From: Amoeboaphelidium protococcarum X5
Lineage: Eukaryota; Fungi; Aphelidiomycota
Length of the DNA stretch: 64,000 bases
Direction of reading: 5' to 3'
Assembly (NCBI GenBank): GCA_023515725.1
Contig: JALDTO010000192.1
Coordinates: 372,001 to 436,000, forward strand
In this document: positions 49,216 to 60,621 of the stretch, one piece after another
Layout: every line of letters starts with the position of its first letter
Numbering within the stretch: the first letter of the stretch is position 1
Position numbers and translations under genes: made by a program
The notes under the pieces: model-generated
Seen by the model: the letters and a program-made list of their open reading frames with translations, nothing else
Database searches by the model: none
What the model was told of the DNA's origin: nothing

Positions 49216-51795
49216 TCAGATATCTTGGTATTAATTATCTTCAGACATTAGCGATGGAAGGCTACTATCCACCAGAAAGCTGGCGCTTGACGCTGATCTG
49301 ATAGACACACTTGGAGGTCCGGTATCACCGCCACTTAGAGGGTATTATGATGATTTAAAATTGAGAGTCGGGTGAGGAGGTGCAGTATTAAACATGGACA
49401 TCATTGGGTTCCAGATAAACTGTGGGATAATATCCACCATGTATGAGTTAAACTTTGTTGATAGCGGCGGCTATTAGTAGTCAGTCTATTACATCTACTA
49501 CGCGTTCAAAGGCTTTTACTACACACCAACATTACAATCAGTGGAATATACGAGAGCTTAGTCGATAATATCTGCACTTGAACGTACTACGCTAGAAGAA
49601 GACAACTCGATACCATCATCCACATGTTCATAACCTTACAGCATCACCTGGAGAACTTATCTTTCCATCGGAGGTGAGAATAGAAAGTGAGCATGATTCT
49701 TCCCCTCATAATAATGCAGAGACAAGTTAGAACCAACGTAACCATCAGCACCATTTCGCAATACTTTGAATTGATTCTAATCATCGGAAGGCACCAGATT
49801 GTAATTACAGTCAAAGTCATCGTCGCCATCAGAATGAAGATATGCGCGAATCAACTCAGCATTGACTATTGCATCGTCTTCGCCCAGTACAACACTAACT
49901 TTAACGTTAGGTGGAATATCTTCCTTAAATATGACTTTCTGGTGCCAATAGAAGCATCTTCCCAGTGTCCAGCTTATATAAAGTTCTTTTGATGCAAAAT
50001 TATAAAGTAACAATTCAACCCACTTCCAATTGGCACGATATCTCTGCTACTTTGACGTAGTTATGACACCACCACTTTAAAAACCTTTGAAAGACAGCAG
50101 TTGACGTACAATCTAAGAGAACGACATTGGAAGTCTATGAATAAAGTTGAATGCAACATCTGAGTGATGAAGAAGGAAACAGACTGGATCTACTAGGATG
50201 CCATGCTTTACCAAATTATGATAATTTACACCATCAGATTTATAATGATAAGTCTTATGCATAAGAGCTGATAGATAAGTGGTACCTAGAGAGTGACCAA
50301 CATATGTTATGCTCATAGGCAGCTTAATAGTCCGTAGCTGTTACTAGATGGCAGTTGCACCTTGATCAACAACTGAGGCTTTAGCCTCCGACTTGGGGAA
50401 AAACTTTCTACTTAACAACTACTTTGACTTGGCTATAAACGAGGAGCGCTTACGAATACCGCCTTCACCAATAGGAGTACTTAAAAGGTCGTACTCTCTA
50501 TCTGTGGGGTCCCGCAGAGTCACCTCAGTGAAATAACCATGATGAAGAAGAATTTTCTCCACATCGTCAGCCATCTAATGAACCCCGACAAAGTCTTCAA
50601 TCTTATCATGATATATAGGATAGAAGAGAGATGAAACACTGTTAATTTCCAGCAGAAATATCGGAGAATTCTCAAGATAACGATACTGTGCATTGTTAGG
50701 ATCTCGCACAGAGTCACGACAGTACTTTAAAAGATTCCACAGCATCGGGGCATACCCAAACACGCCAGCACCTATACCATGTTGAATTAAAAGAGGGCTT
50801 ACTGTGTTAGATTTATCTCCACCAGCGATCTCCTTTAGAGGTGGCCTATAATAGTATGGAGTCTTGACATCACTAGCATCACCTCTAGTAAAGCCCCAGA
50901 ATCGAGTGACAACAAATGCAAATAGACCATGACATACTGCGATAATCGAGTAATACAGAAGAGGTTTATGAATAGCCTAAACTTCATCCAGAGTGAGTCT
51001 GATTGATTTGATATTAGGATTGAACCCAGGTTGCCAATTCAGGGGCTCTGATGAGTAATTGATGGAGGCGTAGTTGAGCATTTCTTCCATCTCATCTAGA
51101 AGGTCCTAAGCCTTGCGCTAAGTATCGACAGAGTCAAGATGCTTCAACGTCTATCCCAAATTTGACATGGATTATAGCTGTCCATCAGCATCAAAATTCA
51201 ACTTTCCACTGGCCAACTTCTTCAGCAAATGGTAATCCTCCATGAAAAATGCCCATCCAATAAACTCCAAAACGTTATCCATATATATTTCGGATGGATC
51301 TACAACTCTTCGACTATAATCTGCATTGTTATTCAGCAATGGGTCGGCATAATAAAACCATCCAGCAAGATATTAATACATAGCGTTAAAACTAACGTCA
51401 TCACCACTTTACAGATCAGCGACAGGGCGGCGATACTTTTCCAGATGGACAGTGTTCATGCATTTTACAAATAAATTCCATCTCTCCTCTTTGGTGGCAA
51501 TTCCCTTCATCCTTCCCTAACCGCGGTGATGACCATCGTAATCAGATGCTTAATGACCAAGTAGAGACGGCGGTACGTAATTCTATAATCGCTTCTTGGT
51601 CTTTACAAAATAGATGTAAAACAGTAGCTCGCACAGGACATAGAAATCCAAGAGTATAAACAGTCCTAATTGCATCTATCTATTATGAATAACAGCATCA
51701 GCGAATCTCCAGGCTAGGTATACTCCGCAAAGCACCGGTACCATGGACCAAAACAAGACTTTGAAATAGAACACCAGATGAAGCAGCGAATTCAT
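49216..51795 (-). CDS. Membrane-anchored alpha/beta-hydrolase-fold protein
   Basis: N-terminal TM segments; nucleophile elbow GHSLGT; LVDPVCFLLHHSDVAFNF; VLGEDDAIV; NHAHFL. Confidence 0.8.
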
Positions 51796-52124
51796 AATCA
51801 AACTTATTTACACTTAATTCAGCGTTCAAAATATTATTTTGAAAATAAAAAGTGCCGGACTATGATGAATGACCACCTAGCTGTTAATATACTCTGATAA
51901 ATCCGCCTGATCAGGAGTAAGTGACTGGTCAGTGCCGCCCAATTAAACAGTAGCAGGGGCCACCGATTTTCACGAGTTTCCGTCGCTAAGGGACCGACCA
52001 CCCAGGATCGGATTTCCGCTTTGGAATTATCGTGAGAACACCGCCACGCGAATTAAACCATAAAAAGGGAAGAAGAGAAAAATTTAATTCAACGTTAATT
52101 TGTTTTTGAATTAATGAGTTTCAT

Positions 52125-52997
52125 TCAATACAGGTAGATAAGGCCAACTAACCTTTTTCGTAGAATATCATCAACGCGCCGGATTAGGACAGTTTGATGA
52201 TTGCCTGACTATTTCGGAGGGAAGCAGCGAATAATTTAAGAGTAATTTTCAGCAACTGGTGCCTCCAGTACATCAAATTCAATCCTGAAGAGAGTAGGGC
52301 CGCCAATTTCTTAGATCTTTTTTTAGTCAAACACACAAACATTCCTTTTGACTTCAATTTGCCATTGTTTCCCGTTCAAATAATGGCGTACGACTCCATC
52401 TTTTTCCAAATCGACATCATCCCATTAAAATATCGCAATGACTCCTTTGTGGGTTTCAATCCAATTTAAAGCGTATTCTATGCTTGGCGTGCAATAATAG
52501 CCTGATCCTAATTCATTCGGTTAGTGATGGGGCCCTCTTGACACACTAAAACCGTCAATTAAGTGACTAAGCAAGTCATTAAAATAACGGTAGCCATGGA
52601 AAATAACCTTCTTATGCTCAAAATGGCTTTTAATGTGTTCTTTTAAAATGGCAAGCTTCAACTTGTCGCCATAAAACTTCATAGCAGCAATTGATTGGCG
52701 GGGCAAGCGATTTATATTGTAACCGGGCACGAGAGACGCTAGATTGACGGTTTGAAACTATGAGTCTTTCAATCCAGACGGTGGAGGTGGGTTGGACTTA
52801 ATTGGCCCATCATCCTCGATACCGTAATCAATGGCACTACGGATGATCCAATCCTCATCAGTATATCTGATATTATCATTATACTGTCGATAATTCACCA
52901 ACAAAGGCGCGTACTACATAGCCGTTTCATCTGTTACATGAAATTTCTCAACCAGCAATCTGCTTATATCCTAAATGTCGTATATAATTTTCTCCAT
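52125..52997 (-). CDS. Putative ADP-ribosyltransferase-fold protein (H-Y clade, DUF3990-like), 290 aa
   Basis: VIFHG...NELGSGYYCTPSIEYALNW...FDVLEAPVAEN...HQTVL; continuous frame with TAR=Gln; ends TGA. Confidence 0.6.
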
Positions 52998-53427
52998 CCT
53001 AACGCTTGGAATAGAATAAGGAGGAGATAACCAGTTTTAATCACGTATTAATTACGATTACAAATGTGATTGACCCAGTAACCATGCGAGGTCATGTGAG
53101 TTGATGTTTCACTCAAAACGAGTGCCACAAATGTAGAAGCAATATCATTGTAACAACTCATCGCCCTCTCTATTTAATTCTATTGTACATAATTAATTCT
53201 TGTAAAAGAGAAATGAGCTGACAGTTTGCGCTTAATTGTTACAGCAATGACTCATACTTTACCACTGACACGTCAATGTCACGTAACATGATCGATAAAT
53301 CATGATAGTTGAAACAACAGAATATTATACTGACAAAACAAAACGCTTTAATGGAGAATGGAGCATAATATTGTTATACTATATTTCGTTTATGCTAAAA
53401 GAGAGAGCATTCGAAAGACCAATGAAG

Positions 53428-54576
53428 TCAATCATCAATCCATATGATTGACTGAAGCGCAAGGTCGTCTTCACATGGCTCGAAGCGTTTGTTGTGATGC
53501 CTGTGCTCATAATCGACAGCGCAAAACTTCCACACCTCCTTCTCCCAAGAGAATAGCATCTTAAGCTGATAGTACCGCAAAGGAGCGTCACCCCATCGGT
53601 GTGTGAATATCCGGTTGGTTCGATCGATATAGTCGCTAAATTCCACAAGCTCCTTGTTACGATCCGCCGTCTGCATGATACTACCATCCTTTAACTACAC
53701 CTTCTCATTCTTGGCTCGGTTCTAGAAAGTTGGTATATGCGCAATCTCAAAGTTGGTGTACATCATTAGAGGCCCATAGCCTTCCCGCTCGTCCACTGCT
53801 GGTAGTTCCATATCATTCTGACGGGATAGATTACGCGCAAGAACGTGTCCCTCTAACCACTGATCAACAGAATCCAACATCCCTACAGTGACAAAATCAA
53901 CATCACGCACAGTATCATCTCTATACCCGTATTTAAAACCCTGGCGCTTCATAAAACGAAACGGATCAACATAAACCTTATTGTGTATAAACGAGTCAGT
54001 GTCCAGCCGCCAATAGTACTCTAGATCTTTCATACGCTCAGTCTCAAATATGTCCATAAACCATAGATGTATCATGAAATTGTAGTTGGGATATGCAAAG
54101 TTGACCGCAATATTGGATTTTTAGTCGTAATGCGACGGGAAAGTAAACTTGATCTTCTGATACACGAGCGTACATCCTTTGGCCTTGTACATAGACGTGG
54201 TGTCCTTGATTAGCGCGTCTAGGTCTCTCTTCGGGTAATTATCTTCGTATAAAGCGATTACGAGATACTTTTTGTGATCACTAAGGGATATGAAATTGTC
54301 CAGAGTCATCTAAACACTTTTCCGAAAGTTTTTCTCTTCATGATGAGCTATCAAATACACGACAGCTGCAGTCACCTCAGGAAGCTTGGAGTAATGTAAA
54401 GGACCAGACGCAGCAGTATCATTCGTCCTGTGGACAGCGATATTTTAATTAGATCCTGGTCGATGGAATGATTTAAAATTAGGCCCAACATCTGGAAGAA
54501 GCTAAATTGAATAGACAACAATAAGGATCAGCAGAGCGGAAATCACAAATACCAATCTCTTTCGCAAAGTAACCAT
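53428..54576 (-). CDS. Alpha-1,2-mannosyltransferase, GT15 (Kre2/Mnt1 family)
   Basis: Type II TM N-terminus; YYWRLDTDS, DPFRFM, YTNFEIA, IFTHRWGDAPLR. Confidence 0.9.
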
Positions 54577-55334
54577 CTAAAATCTCCTCTTGATATATTA
54601 AAGCTGCTCTTGAGACTGACTGTATTAGTATAATTCTTGTCTATGATTAAAATTGAAAGTTCATATGCTTACGTGACAACTGATATCTTTCAAACCAGTT
54701 GATACATTTCCATAACAACTGGCTTTACCAGAAGGCTGTAATTAGAGAGCCGCAGCGATCTTTGCCTAACAACACTTCCCCGTTAGGTTTGCGTATGTAG
54801 CAGTAAATTGAGAACTTTTCAATCATTACTGGTATCAAATGAAGTATAAATTGCTGTGAAAAACAATAACGTTTTAATCTATTCGACTCAGGAAATTTCT
54901 CAAGACCATGAAAACCAGTATGTGTGTGAATGAGACAGCACTGCGATGAAATGGTATTCCAAAGCGATCCCTATTACGCGACAGGAAGTTAAAAAGCTGT
55001 TTTAGTATTGCTACAGTATAAATGTCGCAATTGACATTTAAGCCCTAAATCTTGAGTTTATAACTGTTCGTAATCTGCTGCTCGCGCTTTATACGCTGTA
55101 GAAAAATCAGGCTCTTATGTTCTTGCGTTTGCCTATCATCGTGACACCTACAGTAGGTGGCTCGCTATTGAACATTCTAATTCAAAACGCAACACTGTAG
55201 ACTTGTATCGTACATATCAGCGAAATAACATGACAGCTGCTAGCAATTGCATTTTATACTAGCCAAAAAACATATGTAAGATAAGAACTCTGATGTTATT
55301 TATTATTCATACTTGATGTAAACGCGAAATGTAC

Positions 55335-56125
55335 TCAGTTGATGTACTAGCTCATCCATCTGAATCCTACACCTGATGGAACATATAAACAATTGGAAAA
55401 GTATTAGTTACTCATTAGAAAACCGAGTCAACTTACCTTCACCATAACCTTGACGCATGACAACACTGCACATGAAAACTTCAGTCGGTCTCACATTCAG
55501 TTGGCCATCAGCACCCTTCAAGTTCACCTTGCCCTTACCGGTGGTCTACCACAGTCCCAGTGCATTTCTCAAGTCATCTTCACTGACAGCACCGGGAGCA
55601 TCAATCTTGTTACCCAACACCAAGAACGGGACGCGTTACAGCTCTTCAATACTGAGCAGGGCATCCAACTCAGCCTTTGATTCTGGCAGACGACCAACAT
55701 CAGAAGCATCAACCAAATACACAATAGCAGACACCTCAGGGAAATAGTCTTTCCACAAACGACGTGCTACAAATATATAGATGATAGTAATTCATGATCG
55801 ACATCATCAAAATCACAAAACTAGAATGAGACAGACTCACCTTGCTGATGGCCACCAAGATCATAAGTGGTAAATCTGACATTGCCCATGGAAAGTTCCT
55901 CGCTAGTTGGATGTAAAGTAGGCTGCAGCGTGGCAAGACGGTCATTCTTCAACATGTGCAATAAGGTAGTCTTACCAGCATTATCCAGACCGAGGAACAG
56001 AATCTTTGCATTCTTATTCACCAAGCCTACATCATTATAGTTGACAATTGTACACCATAAACTCAAGTAAAATTAATCATACCAAGTGAGGCCAACACGT
56101 CCATAAACCAGTTCCAAATAAACAT
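55335..56125 (-). CDS. SAR1: Small GTPase Sar1 (introns 56027-56082, 55767-55840, 55367-55436)
   Basis: [71 protein letters not shown]. Confidence 0.96.
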
Positions 56126-56505
56126 ATCGATTTGCAGTTATTATAATTTAAAATCTATACCCAACTTGACAAAAGATTACCAAAAGTTATCCAAAAAATA
56201 AGACAGAGATCCAACAAATTAGCGTTACTTCTTCGTTCTACGGAAAAGTTCAAGTTCGAGATCTCTCGTTCTCGCGAGCGTGTCAAGTGCCTGCTCTGCT
56301 GATCAATGATTGAGGAGAGAAATATCATCAAGACGAGCTATATGAAAGAGACGCGCGTTCGTTCTTCAACCAGTTCTCATAAAAGAAAGTTTAACGGCGG
56401 GTCGGATCGAAGATTTGCTGCGTGATCTTTTTTAGTCTGTACCTCAACAACTATCGTTCTTAAAATATACGAAACATCATTTAACCACCATATATACTAA
56501 GGAAT

Positions 56506-58710
56506 ATGAGAGGATAGACGGTGGTGGAGAAAATTGTATAAAAATTTGTTGTTGGATTGGAGGGCTCTCACGTTCAGAAGAGAATATACTCCGGAGACTT
56601 TGTGAGCATTCGACCGTCTTATTGTATGACTCATGACAACACTGCTGCAGTCCTGTAAAAGTACCGCAAGTCTTTCGCTGGGTACTAAATCAAAGATCCG
56701 CGATAGATTGTGTTCACGGCTGATCACAACATACAAGATACGTCTGAGAAGAACTTGGCCAAGTATTAGGATATGATGCGGTTTGCCTAGTCGTCCGGCA
56801 TTGACTGTTACAAGCCGGGACGTGGAATAGGACATCAGATCATGATTGAAGAGGGATACGCTAGTCCGAATAAGCTTGTCGTTGCCTCTGACTCTCATTC
56901 TAATATGTATGGTGGTGTTGGCTGTCTCGGTACTCCTGTGGTGAGAAGTGATGCAGCGGGTATCTGGGTGTCTGGCTAGACGTGGTGGATTGTACCGCCT
57001 GTAGTCCGTGTTAATTTGACAGGAACGATGTCTTTTAATAATGGTTCATTGTCTGGTAAAGATGTTATTATTGCTTTATGTGGTCTATTGAATAAAGATT
57101 AAGTTTTGAATTGCGCTGTGGAATTCCATGGCGAAGGTGTCAAGTCTTTAAGTATTGATGATCGTCTTACCATCGCTAATATGACGACTGAGTGGGGCGC
57201 TCTTGCCGGCTTATTCCCGCTAGACTAGACATGTATAGACTGGTATAAGAGCAGGGTATCTCGCGTCAATTAGGAGTTAAGTCAATATCGCCAAGGCAAT
57301 GCTGCAATGAGGTAAATTATGGATTTAGATTATCAATATGTTCCATCGTTCAAGTCCTAATTAGTTACTGAGTCTAGTCATCCACGCCTTAACAGTTAAT
57401 TGCTTGATAGCTTGAAATAATAATTATCTAGCGGTGAGATGACTGCCGATCCAACGGCTGTGTATAGTAAAGAGATTACTTTGGATCTCAGTTCTATTAG
57501 AGATTAGTTTGTGAGTGGGCCTGACGCGGTCAAGATTGGTACTTAGATATCATTTCTCTCTTCCGCTGGAATACCAAATAACTAGGCAGGTGGTGGTATA
57601 AAGATATAGAAAGCGTATCTGGTTTCTTGCACTAATTCCAGGCTTTCTGATTTGCAGTCTGCTGCTCAAGTATTAAAAGCGTTACCTGCGAGGAAGAGAC
57701 ATGTCCATCCTGATGTGGAATTGTACGTATCTGCTGCATCTAGTCAAGTGCAAAGAGATGCTGAATGGAGCGGGGATTGGCAGGTGTTACTCAATGCTGG
57801 AGCTAGGCCATTACCTAGTGGATGTGGTCCTTGTATTGGACTGGGCGCTGGCCTACTTAAAGATGGCGAAGTTGGCATTAGTTCTACCAACCGGAACTTT
57901 AAAGGTCGGATGGGAAGTAGAAATGCGCAGACGTATTTAGCAAGTCCATCAGTCGTGACTGCGAGCGCTATAGCTGGCTTTATATGTGCTCCTCAGCATT
58001 TATAAGGTGGAAATCTTTTAGACGATACCGAGTCGCAGGATTAGTAATCAAAAGTATAGTTCTAGTTTAAACAGAACAATATTCTCAACTCTGATGGCTA
58101 AAGTATAGAAATGCTTGATGGGTTTTAGTCGCGGATATCTGGCCGATTATTGTTCTGTAATGCTGACAATCTGAACACTGATGGAATATATCCTGGTAGG
58201 TACACGTATAAAGACGATTTAACACCTCAGGAAATGGCATAAGTAGCGATGGAGAACTACGATCCTGATTTCTAACGGATTGCAGTTAAAGGAGACATTC
58301 TGGTTGGCGGTAAGAATTTTGGAAGTGGCTCATCCCGGGAATAGGCTGCGACTTGTCTCAAATTTAGAGGTATCAGACTGGTCATAGCCGAGTCGTTTTC
58401 AGATATTTATAAGAGAAATGCTTTTAATAATGGTTTGATATGTTTAGAGTGTCCATAGTTGGTTTAGTCCTTGCGTAGTAAGTTTCATTATCAGTCTGTT
58501 AATACTCCAACCATAAATACTGAAATCATGGCCTAGATTGATTTTAATCGAGGTGTTTTGTCAACTTCTGGTGTTTCTGATTAGTCTGTTGACGAATTTC
58601 GTCTTCCCCAGCTGGGTGTCGTTGCCCAGAAGCTAATTGTCTAGGATGGTTTAGAGAACTGGTTAAAGTCTCAGTAATCAGGCAATTAGTCGTCTTCTAT
58701 CTAACTATGA
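56506..58710 (+). CDS. LYS4: Homoaconitase (alpha-aminoadipate lysine pathway)
   Basis: [88 protein letters not shown]. Confidence 0.93.
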
Positions 58711-58946
58711 GTTGAAAACATTGAATATCTGTACTTGATACCGTTAATTTTCTTATTCATGACGTTATTATTACCTTTTTGCTGGTGAGTGATCAAAGTT
58801 TGGGTTCATGATCGGCCTGCGGTAAAGCGCGCGTAAATTTTTAAAATTTTAAAATCGGCTGATCGTTGACGTTTTCTCTTTACCGAATTGCTGATACAGC
58901 GTGAGTGTGCAAATATCAATCTAATCTAAAAGATAAGACCACAGTT

Positions 58947-60224
58947 ATGTAGCGATCTTTACGCGTTTTGAGTAAATAATTGACATCTAAGCACTTGGCT
59001 GCAAAGGGAAGTCTGCGTTATTATGCATCCGAGGCTGCTGCTAAATTTGAAAGGAAGAAGCCTCATGTTAACATTGGTACTATTGGACACGTTGATCACG
59101 GTAAGACATCGCTGAGTGCTGCCATCACTAAAGTCCTGTCTGAGAGTGGTCAGGCAAAAGCTAAGGCTTACTCTGATATCGATAATGCTCCTGAAGAGAA
59201 GGCGCGTGGTATCACTATCAACACCGCTCACATTGAGTACGAAACTGACAACAGACATTACGGCCATGTGGACTGTCCTGGCCACAAGGATTACATCAAG
59301 AATATGATCACCGGTGCTGCTTAGATGGACGGAGCGATTATTGTTGTGGCAGCTACAGATGGATCCATGCCGTAGACTAGAGAGCATTTGTTACTGGCGC
59401 GTCAGGTTGGTGTCAAGCACATCGTTGTCTTTGTGAACAAGGTTGATCAATTGGATGATCCTGAAATGTTGGAACTCGTTGAGATGGAGATGAGAGAACT
59501 GCTGACTTAGTATGATTTTGACGGTGATAATACTCCGATTGTGGCTGGCAGTGCTTTGTATGCGCTAGAGAATAAGGATGATAATGGTATTGGAAAAACG
59601 GCCATTCTGAAGTTGATGAAGGCTGTGGACGAGTGGATTCCTACGCCAGAACGTGGCCTGGATAAGCCATTTTTACAGCCTGTTGAAGATACTCACAGTA
59701 TTGCCGGTCGTGGTACTGTGGTGACTGGAAGAGTGGAGCGCGGTACCATCCTCAAGGGTCAAGAGGTGGAGATTGTCGGCTTTGGAAGTAAGCTGAAGAC
59801 TGCTGTTACCGGTTTGGAGATGTTCCACAAAGAACTGGATCGTGGTGAAGCTGGTGATAATCTGGGTATCCTATTGCGTGGTGTCAAGCGTGAAGATATC
59901 AGACGTGGTATGGTGTTGGCCGCTCCGGGTAGTATCAAGTCACACAAGAAGTTCAAGGCTCAGCTTTACGCTCTGACCAAGGATGAAGGTGGTAGACACA
60001 CGCCGTTCGTAACCAACTATAGACCTCAGCTATTTACCAGGACTGCAGATGCTACCGTGACCGTGGTATTGCCAGATTCTGTGCAAATGGTCATGCCAGG
60101 TGATCAGGTGGAGGCCACAATGCAGATGGCCACTGATATTGCCATTGAGAGTGGTAGCAGATTCACCGTGCGTGAGGGTGGTCGCACCGTTGCCACTGGT
60201 CTGGTTACTGAGATTATCGAATGA
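58947..60224 (+). CDS. TUF1: Mitochondrial elongation factor Tu (with presequence)
   Basis: [28 protein letters not shown] and MPQTREH (both Q=TAG); basic N-terminal presequence [11 protein letters not shown]. Confidence 0.97.
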
Positions 60225-60367
60225 TTTAATAATCATCATATGGGAGATAAAGTGAAGTGATCGCGTTAATTTGAGTTAGATATTTATTAAAATCAGACTG
60301 AAACGGTTCTGGACACTTTCTTAATTCACGAACTCCTCTTAGTAAAACCAGCAAGAGTAAGTTTTTT

Positions 60368-60478
60368 ACGCGTTTCGGTCGCGATCCTTAATTGATCCCG
60401 TTCGTTGGCCACGTTTTCTCTCTGTCCTTCTCGCGTCAACTGTCTTCCAGACGGAAATGGAAATCGATAAAGACGCGT
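60368..60478. promoter_or_regulatory. MCB-like ACGCGT boxes upstream of TOP2
   Basis: ACGCGT at 60368-60373 and 60473-60478, plus TCGCGT at 60431. Confidence 0.4.
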
Positions 60479-60621
60479 CAGAGTGAAACGACATGTGTTT
60501 CAGTTTCAAAGACTCTTATGGAATCTCTTCTCTCGCCTCTTTGGCATCTTCATCCTCATCTGCTGCTTTTCTTACTCCTGCTCGAGTGTCTGAAGTATAC
60601 ATAAGGAATTTCAAGCATTCA

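Noticed and set aside
51900-51935. CCTGATCAGG resembling a TPP riboswitch segment
   Set aside because: No CTGAGA or P2/P3 elements, and TGATCA palindromes are common in intergenic DNA here.
52315-52326. Suspected frameshift in the ART-like gene at the T7 run
   Set aside because: Recounting shows the frame is continuous (GAC TAA AAA AAG ATC).
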